Shown: piece by piece, positions 1 through 8,863 of the stretch
Position numbering within the stretch: position 1 is the first letter of the stretch
How the letters are laid out: every line of letters starts with the position of its first letter
Origin: a virus
Taxonomy: Duplodnaviria > Caudoviricetes
Reading direction: 5' to 3' (one strand)
Virus record (IMG/VR): IMGVR_UViG_3300044858_000265
Coordinates: 1-38,619 of that record
DNA length: 38,619 bases
Made by a program: the position numbers and the translations under genes
The notes under the pieces: generated by a model
What the model was told of the DNA's origin: nothing
Databases searched by the model: none
The model's input: the letters and a program-made list of their open reading frames with translations, nothing else

Positions 1-173
1 ATGCAACACTAGCCCCTGCCCTAAAGATGTGGCAACCCTTATGGGACTTGATTCCCGAGGAGTATAAGGAACGCCACCGCAAGGTAGTAGAACGTACCAA
101 GAACGACACGCAAGTGGATGTTGACTTGGGTTCTTTAACTGCCACAGTAGTAGCACACAAACTAACACGATAA
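1..173 (+). CDS. 3' end of a phage hypothetical protein, truncated by the window edge (weak resemblance to Nmad5-type C-termini)
   Basis: Manual translation from nt 3: ATLAPALKMWQPLWDLIPEEYKERHRKVVERTKNDTQVDVDLGSLTATVVAHKLTR, then TAA 171-173, which overlaps the TAAGGA SD of the next gene. Confidence 0.7.
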   Translation, partial: ATLAPALKMWQPLWDLIPEEYKERHRKVVERTKNDTQVDVDLGSLTATVVAHKLTR

Positions 174-182
174 GGAATAGAT

Positions 183-1082
183 ATGCGTACAGATAAACTT
201 TCATATGAAGAAGTTGCTGAGTGGTTTACAAGGGCACGTAACCCTGATGCAGGTAGACCCGTTATGTCATGGGCACGTATGTATAAGGTAGGTGATACCT
301 ATGAACTACGATTCGATACAGCAGTAGTCGGTGTATTCACACCTGACAACAAGTTTACGTTTAAGTTAACCTCACAAGAAGCAAGACGTTGTAGCATCAC
401 TCTAAGTCAAGCACTCCAACGTGCTATTCCATTCCTATGGACACGTGTAGCTACTGGTAGATACACAGTAACATGTACTACTGGATTCAGAAAGTATTGT
501 GAAGATAATCCTGATGGTTATAGATGGGACTACTTTAAAACTGCGCCTGCTTATGATGTGTTTGATGGCTTACAGTTTGACCTTAACACTTACGAACCTA
601 CTAATGCAAAGCCACCTCTCAACAGTACTGATGTGATAAAAGAAAACAAACTAATGTGGCTACGCTCATTGCGTAAATTCAAAATGGCGATTAAAGTACG
701 AGCAAGGATGGGTGTACTTGAATCACTCATTAAAAAAGTAGAAGCAGAACGTGTAGGTATCAATCGTCACCAATGGGAGATGCCTGACTGGGGTTCTGAT
801 ACATGGCAAGAAGTACTCTACACTTCCATCCGAGATAGTGAGTGCTCAATGGAACTACTAAAAGGATTTATTAAATCCGTTAGTACGGGGTACTATTCTT
901 CAACAGTATCAGTAGAAGAAGTTATTGAGGAAGTAGACAAAGTATGTACTACTTACAGTATAGATTTACGTAGAAAGTTTGGAGTGTTTAATGAAATGCC
1001 CACAGTGCAAGACAAGAATGAAGTGCCTAGACACACGATGGAACGAAGCCACAGTACAGACTCGCAGGCGATGGTCATGTAA
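183..1082 (+). CDS. Hypothetical phage early protein (299 aa)
   Basis: Long ORF with TAAGGA SD at 171-176; no recognisable motif. Confidence 0.8.
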   Translation: MRTDKLSYEEVAEWFTRARNPDAGRPVMSWARMYKVGDTYELRFDTAVVGVFTPDNKFTFKLTSQEARRCSITLSQALQRAIPFLWTRVATGRYTVTCTTGFRKYCEDNPDGYRWDYFKTAPAYDVFDGLQFDLNTYEPTNAKPPLNSTDVIKENKLMWLRSLRKFKMAIKVRARMGVLESLIKKVEAERVGINRHQWEMPDWGSDTWQEVLYTSIRDSECSMELLKGFIKSVSTGYYSSTVSVEEVIEEVDKVCTTYSIDLRRKFGVFNEMPTVQDKNEVPRHTMERSHSTDSQAMVM

Positions 1083-1353
1083 GTGTGGTGTTAGGGGTGC
1101 TACTCTTGAAAGATGGGAGAGTACCCCTCTGCGCAAAGCACCAAAGAAAGCTAAGAAGATAAACGTAGAGAAAGCAACCGATACGCTTATGTCTGCTTTC
1201 TATGGTGTGCCTAAAAAGACTAAGCCAAAGACAGAGAAACAAGTTGTAGTTAAACATATCCCAACTAAGTCAATGTTTGAAGATGCAGATGAGGATAAAT
1301 ACTATGATGATTTTTCTGACCTTGGTTTAGATATACCTAGAGGAGATAGATGA
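991..1353 (+). CDS. Zinc-ribbon protein, NrdR N-terminal-like (120 aa)
   Basis: MKCPQC...LDTR...TRRRWSCKCGVRGATLE resembles the NrdR Zn ribbon (CxxC..DSR..RRRRxC); GGAG SD at 981-984 supports ATG 991; no ATP-cone. Confidence 0.7.
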   Translation: MKCPQCKTRMKCLDTRWNEATVQTRRRWSCKCGVRGATLERWESTPLRKAPKKAKKINVEKATDTLMSAFYGVPKKTKPKTEKQVVVKHIPTKSMFEDADEDKYYDDFSDLGLDIPRGDR

Positions 1354-1354
1354 T

Positions 1355-1444
1355 ATGTATCACGGCGCAAGTGTATGGCAACTGTTTGCTATTTGGTATT
1401 TGCTATTTGCAGTAATCGTAGGCAGTCTTATCTTAATTAACTAG
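1355..1444 (+). CDS. Small single-pass membrane protein (29 aa), not in ORF track
   Basis: MYHGASVWQLFAIWYLLFAVIVGSLILIN-stop; AGGAG SD at 1341-1345; fills the gap between flanking genes. Confidence 0.6.
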   Translation: MYHGASVWQLFAIWYLLFAVIVGSLILIN

Positions 1445-1452
1445 GAGTCGAT

Positions 1453-1650
1453 ATGGACATTCAAAAACGTGATGGTACTTACGCAAACTTTATTGGGGGT
1501 GTAGCGTACGAAGATGATGGCGGGTGGAGTAAGGATGTATGGGATGCCTCATGGGCTGAACAACAGAAGGACATTGACCTATTACGTGCACGGGTCAAGG
1601 TGTTGGAAGAAGAATGTGCATGGCTTAACTCAGTAGGAAAAGACAAATGA
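1453..1650 (+). CDS. Hypothetical protein (65 aa, C-terminal coiled coil)
   Basis: AGGAG SD at 1443-1447; ATGA overlap with next gene. Confidence 0.75.
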   Translation: MDIQKRDGTYANFIGGVAYEDDGGWSKDVWDASWAEQQKDIDLLRARVKVLEEECAWLNSVGKDK

Positions 1651-2039
1651 AAAAATCTAAATCAATGAAGGTCGCAGAGTATCTCTTGGCAAACCCAAGT
1701 GCCGTACCTAAAGAAGTTGCCACGAAGTTTAAGTGTGCGCTACCCCTTATCTATGCGATACGCAAGCGTGTGCTTAGTGGTTCGATGCTTGACAAGGCAC
1801 ACCCCGTAATAGGTGGCAAAGCCGACCAACAACAAGTTGGTGGAAGTCACTACAAAAATATGAACGTACAACCTTGGGTAGCAATGGAAGCATGGATGAC
1901 ACCTGAGCAGTTCGCAGGATTTCTACGTGGTAACGCTATCAAATATCTTGCAAGGTGTGATGTCAAAGGGGGCATTGCTGACATCAAGAAAGCACGGCAC
2001 TACATCGACAAACTTGTTGAGGTAAGAGGTGATGAGTGA
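1647..2039 (+). CDS. DUF3310 (SaV / T7 gp1.7-like) domain protein with N-terminal HTH-like extension
   Basis: QVGGSHYK...QPW...GFLRGNAIKYLAR...KGG..DIKKARHYIDKL is the DUF3310 signature. Confidence 0.85.
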   Translation: MKKSKSMKVAEYLLANPSAVPKEVATKFKCALPLIYAIRKRVLSGSMLDKAHPVIGGKADQQQVGGSHYKNMNVQPWVAMEAWMTPEQFAGFLRGNAIKYLARCDVKGGIADIKKARHYIDKLVEVRGDE

Positions 2040-2178
2040 CTTCCTTCTGATGTTCGCTCTTGTAATGGCTGATGCGCTATGGTTTGGGATTAAGTTCGCA
2101 GTCGTAGCCATCGGTACTCTCGTTTTAATGTTTGCCATATTTGTATACGTACTGATACGGCTAGAAAGAAGAAAATAA
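2032..2178 (+). CDS. Small membrane protein (48 aa), not in ORF track
   Basis: MSDFLLMFALVMADALWFGIKFAVVAIGTLVLMFAIFVYVLIRLERRK-stop; GAGGT immediately upstream; ends 2 nt before polymerase ATG. Confidence 0.7.
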   Translation: MSDFLLMFALVMADALWFGIKFAVVAIGTLVLMFAIFVYVLIRLERRK

Positions 2179-2180
2179 TT

Positions 2181-4058
2181 ATGGACATCGTGACCATAGA
2201 CTTTGAAACCTACTACGACAAGGACTTCTCCCTGTCAAAGATGACCACCGAACAGTATGTTCGTAGCGATTTGTTTGAGGTCATCGGGGTAGGCATCAAG
2301 GTTAACAACTACCCTACCGACTGGTACTCAGGCAGTGACCCTGCCAAGTTCTTGAAGTCGTTGGACTACAAAGACAAAGCAATCCTTTGTCACAACACCG
2401 CCTTTGATGGTGCAATCTTATCGTGGCATTATGGAATCAAGCCGAAGTTGTGGCTTGATACTTTATCTATGGCAAGACCAACCCATCAGATGACTGTGGG
2501 GGGTTCGCTCAAAGCATTGGCTACTTACTATAAGTTGGGGGCTAAAGGTGAAGAAGTTATCCTTGCACTAGGTAAACGCAAAGCAGACTTCACACCCGAA
2601 GAACTTGCACGATATGGGGAGTACTGCAAGAACGATGTGGACTTAACCTATCAGTTGTTCAAGAAGTTATGCAAAGGATTTCCTACCAGTGAGTTGATGG
2701 TCATTGACCAAACACTACGCATGTACACCGAGCCTACGATTGAACTTGACAGGGAACTTTTAGAGCAACATCTTGAGGAAGTCAAAGCAAAGAAGCGTGA
2801 CCTTATCACTGACATGGGACTCACTGGTATCAGTGATGAAGCAATCACCAAGACGTTGATGAGTAATCAAATCTTTGCGAAGTACCTCACTAACCTCGGG
2901 GTCGAGCCACCGAAAAAGATAAGCCCTCGCACAGGCAAGGAAACGCTTGCGTTCGGAAAGACCGACAAAGAGTTCATCGAACTTCTCGAGCATCCTAATG
3001 AGAAGGTTCAGGTTGCGGTCGCTGCAAGGCTCGGCGTGAAGTCCACACTAGAAGAAACTCGCACCGAAAATTTGATTGGAGTGTCCGAGCGAGGTCGCCT
3101 GCCAATCATGCTCAACTATTATGGTGCGCACACAGGCAGATTTTCGGGGGGTGATAAGCTGAACTTGCAGAACTTACCTGCTCGTGGGAACAACACAATC
3201 CGACGGGCATTGAAAGCACCCAACGGACAAGTTCTTGTGGCATGTGATTCATCACAGATTGAGGCCCGCATGGTAGCGTGGGTAGCAGAGCAACACGATT
3301 TAGTTAGTGCGTTCGCACAAGGTCGTGATGTATATAGTGAGTTCGCATCAGAAGTTTATGGGCGAGCCATCACCAAGGCTGACAAGGTAGAACGATTTGT
3401 TGGTAAGACTTGTATCTTGGGGCTTGGCTATGGCATGGGGGCTGAGAAGTTCAGACGTACCCTAGAGATTGGGCAAGGGGATATTAGTGTGAAGATTAGC
3501 CTAGACCAAGCTGACAGGATTGTGCGTCTATATAGACAGAAGAATCACAAGATTGTTTCTCTATGGCAGAAGTGTGGAAGCGCACTGGGTGGCATCGTAG
3601 CAAGACAGACAGGCTCTATTGCAAAGATGTTGGAGTATGACGAGCAAGGCATTAGGCTACCCAACAGCTTGTACATCCGCTATCCCGCACTCCGTGCCAA
3701 CGGAACGAACTATGAATACATCAGTGATGCACGAACATATCGTAAGGCAATCAAAGAACGAGTCATGACTGGACAGGTAGACGAAATCTCATGGACAAAA
3801 ATCTATGGGGGTAAGGTCACAGAGAACCTCATTCAAGCGATGGCTAGGATTGTTGTATCAGAACAGATGACTGCCATTGGGCAACACTACCACGTGGCTT
3901 TCCAAGTACATGATGAGATTATCATCACGGCCCCGGAGGACAGGGCATCAGAGGCAGAGCAACATCTTGTCAGGATTATGTCCACTGCACCTAGCTGGTG
4001 TACCGATTTACCTGTGGCTTGCGAAGCAGGCTACGCAACTAACTATGGAGATACATAA
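2181..4058 (+). CDS. polA: Phage DNA polymerase family A (3'-5' exonuclease + polymerase, no 5'-3' exonuclease)
   Basis: ExoI IDFETY, ExoII HNTAFD, ExoIII YCKND; HTGRFSG; motif A DSSQIEAR; motif B RFVGKTCILGLGYG; motif C VHDE. Confidence 0.96.
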   Translation: MDIVTIDFETYYDKDFSLSKMTTEQYVRSDLFEVIGVGIKVNNYPTDWYSGSDPAKFLKSLDYKDKAILCHNTAFDGAILSWHYGIKPKLWLDTLSMARPTHQMTVGGSLKALATYYKLGAKGEEVILALGKRKADFTPEELARYGEYCKNDVDLTYQLFKKLCKGFPTSELMVIDQTLRMYTEPTIELDRELLEQHLEEVKAKKRDLITDMGLTGISDEAITKTLMSNQIFAKYLTNLGVEPPKKISPRTGKETLAFGKTDKEFIELLEHPNEKVQVAVAARLGVKSTLEETRTENLIGVSERGRLPIMLNYYGAHTGRFSGGDKLNLQNLPARGNNTIRRALKAPNGQVLVACDSSQIEARMVAWVAEQHDLVSAFAQGRDVYSEFASEVYGRAITKADKVERFVGKTCILGLGYGMGAEKFRRTLEIGQGDISVKISLDQADRIVRLYRQKNHKIVSLWQKCGSALGGIVARQTGSIAKMLEYDEQGIRLPNSLYIRYPALRANGTNYEYISDARTYRKAIKERVMTGQVDEISWTKIYGGKVTENLIQAMARIVVSEQMTAIGQHYHVAFQVHDEIIITAPEDRASEAEQHLVRIMSTAPSWCTDLPVACEAGYATNYGDT

Positions 4059-4291
4059 TGAGCATCACAAACTTGACTGAAATAGTAGGAAATACCCGCA
4101 AGCAGGAAGTTGTTGCCATGTTGGAATCAGCGATGGCACGTGTCGAGGAGGGGGGTGCGACTGATGTTCTTATCATGCTTAAGGCAGATGACAAATACAT
4201 GCGCTACTCCACCAAGATAGACAACGTAACTGAGGTAATTGCCCAGTTGGAAATATTAAAGTACGACATCTTGCGCCGTATGCATGAGTGA
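4058..4291 (+). CDS. Hypothetical protein (77 aa)
   Basis: TAATG overlap with polymerase stop; GGAG SD. Confidence 0.75.
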   Translation: MSITNLTEIVGNTRKQEVVAMLESAMARVEEGGATDVLIMLKADDKYMRYSTKIDNVTEVIAQLEILKYDILRRMHE

Positions 4292-4299
4292 GGTACACT
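4271..4299 (+). promoter_or_regulatory. Candidate sigma70 promoter for the nuclease/helicase operon
   Basis: TTGCGC (4271-4276), 17-nt spacer, TACACT (4294-4299), at the start of one of the few intergenic gaps. Confidence 0.4.
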
Positions 4300-4351
4300 G
4301 TACTTTCCAACAAACAGAGAACCCCAAGGACACCCCGAGGGGCTACAATTT

Positions 4352-5011
4352 ATGCACTTAAGCCATTCCTATTCGGCAATTAAGCTATACGAGAACTGCC
4401 CGTATCGCTACTTTCGGCAACGCATTGTTAAAGATGTTGTTGATGCAGGTGGTGAGGCTAGTAAGTATGGCGAACGCATCCATGAATACCTTGAGCATAG
4501 GCTTAAGTCTGCTTCCCTACTGCCCCAAGAGATTGCTCACTATGAACCCCTGTGTGCATCGGTCGAGCGTATCTCAAAGGGGGGTGAACTACACATCGAG
4601 AAAGAGCTAGTCCTTAACGACAACCTTACACCAACAGGTTGGTGGGATGCTGACGCATGGCTACGTTCTAAACTTGACATCCTTGTAATCAATAAAGACA
4701 TTGCGAACGTGATGGATTGGAAAACAGGTAAGCGAAATGCTGACCAATTCCAAATGCAACTGTTCGCTGCGCAAGTGTTTAAGCACTTCCCTGACGTGCA
4801 ATCAGTACGCACTTCTTTGGTATGGCTCAAGACAATGGAGATGGACACAGAGACCTACCACAGAGGGGAAACCAACACGCTATGGGCAGACATTATGAAG
4901 CGTATACAACGTATTCATACAAGTTTAGAGCACGACAACTGGCCTGCTAGACCATCAGGATTGTGCAGGTTTTGTCCTGCTCGTCATGACTGTGACAGTG
5001 CTAGGGTTTAA
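4352..5011 (+). CDS. PD-(D/E)XK exonuclease, Cas4/RecB/AddB-like with four-Cys cluster
   Basis: SYSAIKLYENCP at N-terminus, LRSKLD and DWKTGK catalytic motifs, QMQLFA, C-terminal CRFCPARHDC. Confidence 0.88.
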   Translation: MHLSHSYSAIKLYENCPYRYFRQRIVKDVVDAGGEASKYGERIHEYLEHRLKSASLLPQEIAHYEPLCASVERISKGGELHIEKELVLNDNLTPTGWWDADAWLRSKLDILVINKDIANVMDWKTGKRNADQFQMQLFAAQVFKHFPDVQSVRTSLVWLKTMEMDTETYHRGETNTLWADIMKRIQRIHTSLEHDNWPARPSGLCRFCPARHDCDSARV

Positions 5012-5012
5012 C

Positions 5013-5055
5013 CTAATAAAATAAAACTTGACAAGTGTGTAAAGGGGCGTAAGAT
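5013..5055 (+). promoter_or_regulatory. Candidate strong sigma70 promoter with AT-rich UP-like tract
   Basis: TAATAAAATAAAAC, then perfect TTGACA (5028-5033), 16-nt spacer, TAAGAT (5050-5055). Confidence 0.5.
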
Positions 5056-5362
5056 GAGTGCATTGACACCCGAAGGTAAGATAAAACGTAAGGTTGTAGA
5101 GGTGTTAAAGGCAAAAGGTATTTGGTATTTCTTCCCTGCAAACAACGGCTTTGGGATGGCAGGAATACCCGACATCATAGCCATAGTCAGGGGGCAGTTC
5201 CTTGGCATTGAGGTGAAAGCAGATAGGACAAAGAAGCCTACTGCCTTGCAGATGCAGTGCGGTGCAAAGATACAGAAGGCAGGTGGTTGGTGGATGGTTG
5301 TTTTTGACCAAGAAACCATTGACCAACTGAGTGTAGTTATACAAGAGAAACTTGACAGGTGA
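5054..5362 (+). CDS. VRR-NUC domain nuclease / Holliday junction resolvase-like
   Basis: TPEGKIK...GIPDII...FLGIEVKA...PTALQ...I.KAGG typical phage VRR-NUC motifs. Confidence 0.9.
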   Translation: MSALTPEGKIKRKVVEVLKAKGIWYFFPANNGFGMAGIPDIIAIVRGQFLGIEVKADRTKKPTALQMQCGAKIQKAGGWWMVVFDQETIDQLSVVIQEKLDR

Positions 5363-5366
5363 CAAC

Positions 5367-6920
5367 ATGCTAGTAGTTGAAAGGGCTAAGACCCTTGCAC
5401 TTAAATTAAACAATCCCAATCGGGTACTTGATAGTATCCCGACTGCAAAGACTGTGATGGTTCGGGGTATCCCGCTTGTCCTTACTCCACATAGCCTTGA
5501 TGAAGTACGTGTGCTACGCAACTTGGGTATTGATGCGCCCTCACCCATCCTACATTATTACAACTGGCCCGGCCAGTACACTCCGTATAACCATCAGAAA
5601 GATACTGCTGCGTTCTTGACGCTTAATCAACGCGGGTTAGTGTTGAATGAAATCGGCACTGGTAAAACCCAATCTGCACTATGGGCGGCGGACTATTTGA
5701 TTAAGACTAAGCAGGTCAAGAAGGTACTCATCATGTCCCCACTATCCACATTGGAACGGGTATGGGGCGATGCAATCTTTACAGGATTTCCTCATCGTAA
5801 ATTTACTGTGCTTCATGGTACGGCAGACAAACGCAAACAACTTCTTAGGAAAGAGGTTGACTTCTACATCATTAATCATGATGGCTTTAACATCATCTCT
5901 GAACAAGCATTAGGTATGTTTGATTTGGTAATCATTGATGAGGCGGCGGTGCTACGTAACCCATCGACACAAAGGTTTAAGGTATTCCGTAAATGGTTGG
6001 AAGCTAATTCAGCAACACGTTTGTGGTTGATGACTGGGACACCTACACCCAACGACCCAACAGATGCATGGGCACTGGCTAAATTAGTTAACAGTCCATA
6101 CTGTACAAAAACATATACGGCTTTCCGTGAACAGGTCATGATGAAGATTGGGCAATGGAAGTTTGTACCTCGCCCTGAGTCAGTAGATATAGTGAAGCAC
6201 ATCCTACAACCTGCGGTAAGGTATACCCGTGATGAGTGCTTTGACTTGCCTGATACAGTTGTACAGACAAGACAGGTAGAGTTGACACCCGAACAGAAGA
6301 AACATTATTCGCAAATGCTACGGCATTTCGTAACCGAGATGACTACCGATGGAACTATCACGGCAGTTAATGAAGCAGTCAAAATTCAGAAGTTAGTTCA
6401 GATAGCCTGCGGTGTAGCCTATGGTGATGATGGACAGAACATTGAGTTGGACTGTACCCCACGTGTTAACTTAGTAAAGGAGGTAATTGAAGAAGCAGGA
6501 GAGAAGGTAATTGTATTCGTACCACTGACGGGTACTTTGCATATGTTGGAGAAAGAACTTAGCAAGCATTGGACAGTAGCGGTTGTGAATGGTGAGGTAT
6601 CTGCATCAAAGCGCAATCAAATTTTCCATGACTTTCAACATGCTAAAAATCCACATGTGCTAGTTGCTCACCCCGCAACAATGGCGCACGGCTTAACGCT
6701 CACAAGTGCATCCACCATTGTCTGGTATGGCCCGATAACTAGCAACGAACAATATGTTCAGGCAAACGGGCGCATTGAGCGTATCGGCAAGAAGCATGTA
6801 TCGAACGTCATTCACATCGAGGCGACAGACCTTGAGTACAAGATGTACGAGCGATTGAAGAACAAACAGAAATTGCAAGGACTGCTTCTTGATTTAATTC
6901 AACAACAGACTAATAGGTGA
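5367..6920 (+). CDS. SNF2-family (SF2) helicase
   Basis: Walker A EIGTGKT, DEAA box, MTGTP, HGLTLT, QANGRIERIG; ATG 5367 chosen because AGGTGA SD lies at 5357-5362. Confidence 0.93.
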   Translation: MLVVERAKTLALKLNNPNRVLDSIPTAKTVMVRGIPLVLTPHSLDEVRVLRNLGIDAPSPILHYYNWPGQYTPYNHQKDTAAFLTLNQRGLVLNEIGTGKTQSALWAADYLIKTKQVKKVLIMSPLSTLERVWGDAIFTGFPHRKFTVLHGTADKRKQLLRKEVDFYIINHDGFNIISEQALGMFDLVIIDEAAVLRNPSTQRFKVFRKWLEANSATRLWLMTGTPTPNDPTDAWALAKLVNSPYCTKTYTAFREQVMMKIGQWKFVPRPESVDIVKHILQPAVRYTRDECFDLPDTVVQTRQVELTPEQKKHYSQMLRHFVTEMTTDGTITAVNEAVKIQKLVQIACGVAYGDDGQNIELDCTPRVNLVKEVIEEAGEKVIVFVPLTGTLHMLEKELSKHWTVAVVNGEVSASKRNQIFHDFQHAKNPHVLVAHPATMAHGLTLTSASTIVWYGPITSNEQYVQANGRIERIGKKHVSNVIHIEATDLEYKMYERLKNKQKLQGLLLDLIQQQTNR

Positions 6921-6925
6921 CAACT

Positions 6926-7330
6926 ATGACTGTACAAGTAGATGATGTAGTGGCGACCTACATGAAGTTGAGGTCGCAGAAGGAATCTATGGAGGCTGAG
7001 GTGAAGGACAGAGTGTCTACCATCAAAGCCAAGATGGAGAAGTTAGAGGCATGGATTAAAGAACAAGCTGACATACAAGGTGTGACATCGTTCAAGACCA
7101 AGCATGGCACTGCGTTCTTAACCACCACAGACTATGCCAACGTAGGCGACTGGGATGCAGTACTTGATTTTATCCGCACACAAGAAGCGTTTGACATGCT
7201 TGAGAAACGCATTAGTAAGATTGCCGTACGTGGATATATTGAGGCAAATAAAGCCGTACCCCCCGGAGTTAACTACGGCACAAAGTTAGAAGTGAACATT
7301 CGTAAACCCGCTAACCGAGTGGAGGACTAA
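6926..7330 (+). CDS. Conserved phage replication-module protein (N-terminal coiled coil)
   Basis: Coiled coil then TKHGTAF...DWDAVLDFI...LEKRISK...VPPGV; AGGTGA SD at 6915-6920. Confidence 0.75.
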   Translation: MTVQVDDVVATYMKLRSQKESMEAEVKDRVSTIKAKMEKLEAWIKEQADIQGVTSFKTKHGTAFLTTTDYANVGDWDAVLDFIRTQEAFDMLEKRISKIAVRGYIEANKAVPPGVNYGTKLEVNIRKPANRVED

Positions 7331-7331
7331 C

Positions 7332-7553
7332 ATGGAATGGATACGTAAATGGATTATGCAAGCCGCTTACGATGGGGCACACCAAGCCATAACAGAACAT
7401 GTTACGGCGGATAAAGTAAAGCGCAAGCTGAATATCAGTAACGAGAACCAACTAGAGATGTTTGCCGCTGAGAAAGCACGAGCAGTGGCAATACAAAACA
7501 ATAGCTTAACCAGTGGTTTTGCTAAAGCTAAACGTGCGACCAATCGTATTTAA
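7332..7553 (+). CDS. Hypothetical protein (73 aa)
   Basis: GGAGG SD at 7321-7325; in operon. Confidence 0.75.
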   Translation: MEWIRKWIMQAAYDGAHQAITEHVTADKVKRKLNISNENQLEMFAAEKARAVAIQNNSLTSGFAKAKRATNRI

Positions 7554-7577
7554 CCCGCTCACTAAAGGAGAATATCT

Positions 7578-8546
7578 ATGAGCAATGCAATTACTCTTGC
7601 CAACGTGCAAGTTCCTTCCCACCTCGCTCAACGTGTTGGTGTTCCTTCTATCCTAGCCCAGTCATTGGCAGGCGGTATTGGTAGTGGCGAAGCTACTGCA
7701 CGTATCTCTATTAAGGGTAGCCGTTTCCGTATTGTTGAGGGCGGTACTGAGACTGTGCTTGACTCTACGTCATTGGACATTGTTGTAGTCGGTGCTAATC
7801 CACGCCTGTCTAAGACTTGGTATGCCAAGGCGTGGACACCTGAAAGCGAGCCTGCTTCTCCTGACTGCTTCTCTATGGATGGTGTATCACCTGATGCATC
7901 AAGTGTTGAACCACAGAATGACCTGTGTGCTTCTTGCCCACAAAACGCATGGGGTAGCAAAGTAACTCCACAAGGTAAACAAATCAAAGCCTGCTCTGAC
8001 CAAAAGCGTTTGGCAGTTGTATCGGCTGATGACCCAACTGGGCCTGTATACTTGTTGTCCGTTACTCCTGCCGCTTTGCAAGGCTTAAGCAAATACCAAA
8101 AGGAGTTGTCGCTCCGTGGTATCCCTGCTGAGATTGTCCGCACCCGTGTGTCCTTTGATACCGATGCATCATTCCCTAAACTGAAGTTTGACTTTGGCGG
8201 TTTCTTGGATGAAGTGACCCAACAAGAAGTTGATAGACTGTTTGGCACAGAAGAAGTTCGTCAGATTACAGGTGAGTTGCGTACGTCTGCTGCCCCGGCA
8301 GTACCAAAGATTGCCGCACCACAACAAGTTGCACCGAAGCCCGCTCCCGTAGTGGCTCAACCTGAACCTGCTCCTATCCCCGTGGCAGAACAACCTGCTC
8401 CTGCGAAGCGTGGTTTTGGTGCTCCTAAAAAGGCAGTTGCTACCCCACAGGCTAAGGCTCAGCCTGTTGCTACTGCCCCATCTGCCGCATCATTGGCTGA
8501 TGAGATTGCCGCACTTGTCGGGGAGGTAGCCGCAGATGACGCCTAA
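7578..8546 (+). CDS. Putative ssDNA-binding/annealing protein with Cys motif and Pro/Ala-rich, acidic-ended tail
   Basis: RISIKGSRF, PDCFSMDG, CASCPQNAWGS, KACSD core; low-complexity tail ending EVAADDA; strong AAGGAG SD; located between helicase and primase. Confidence 0.6.
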   Translation: MSNAITLANVQVPSHLAQRVGVPSILAQSLAGGIGSGEATARISIKGSRFRIVEGGTETVLDSTSLDIVVVGANPRLSKTWYAKAWTPESEPASPDCFSMDGVSPDASSVEPQNDLCASCPQNAWGSKVTPQGKQIKACSDQKRLAVVSADDPTGPVYLLSVTPAALQGLSKYQKELSLRGIPAEIVRTRVSFDTDASFPKLKFDFGGFLDEVTQQEVDRLFGTEEVRQITGELRTSAAPAVPKIAAPQQVAPKPAPVVAQPEPAPIPVAEQPAPAKRGFGAPKKAVATPQAKAQPVATAPSAASLADEIAALVGEVAADDA

Positions 8547-8823
8547 TATGCCTATTGACTTTACAAAGGTCGAGGCATTGCGGAAGCACATGATGCTGAC
8601 AACCAGTGACATGGCTTCCCTATTCGGTGTCAGTCGTATGACGTATTATGGTTGGGTGCGGGGGAAAGTTATCCGCAAAGCTAACGATGGTACTGTCAGG
8701 ACTGTCCTCAAACAATTGCTTTCTATCATGGTGGATGACAAATGGCCTACGCCTGCCGTCATCGCTATGGAACAGAAGCAGAGGAAAGAACGCCTTGACG
8801 AACTTATGAAGCGTTTTAACTGA
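8536..8823 (+). CDS. XRE/Cro-like helix-turn-helix protein
   Basis: LRKHMMLTTSDMASLFGVSRMTYYGWVRG HTH pattern; GGAGG SD. Confidence 0.85.
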   Translation: MTPNMPIDFTKVEALRKHMMLTTSDMASLFGVSRMTYYGWVRGKVIRKANDGTVRTVLKQLLSIMVDDKWPTPAVIAMEQKQRKERLDELMKRFN

Positions 8824-8829
8824 GGGACA

Positions 8830-8848
8830 GGGGGGCTAACTACCCCCC
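8830..8848 (+). promoter_or_regulatory. GC hairpin upstream of the primase RBS
   Basis: GGGGGG-CTAACTA-CCCCCC perfect 6-bp stem in the intergenic gap; no U-tract. Confidence 0.4.
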
Positions 8849-8863
8849 ACTAACGGGGATATT

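Noticed and set aside
1923-2138. 71-aa minus-strand ORF in the early region
   Set aside because: Antisense to DUF3310 and to the better-supported 48-aa + strand membrane ORF
4352-5011. Cas4-like nuclease as evidence of a CRISPR-Cas system
   Set aside because: No repeat-spacer array or other cas genes; solo Cas4/RecB-like nucleases are routine in phage replication modules
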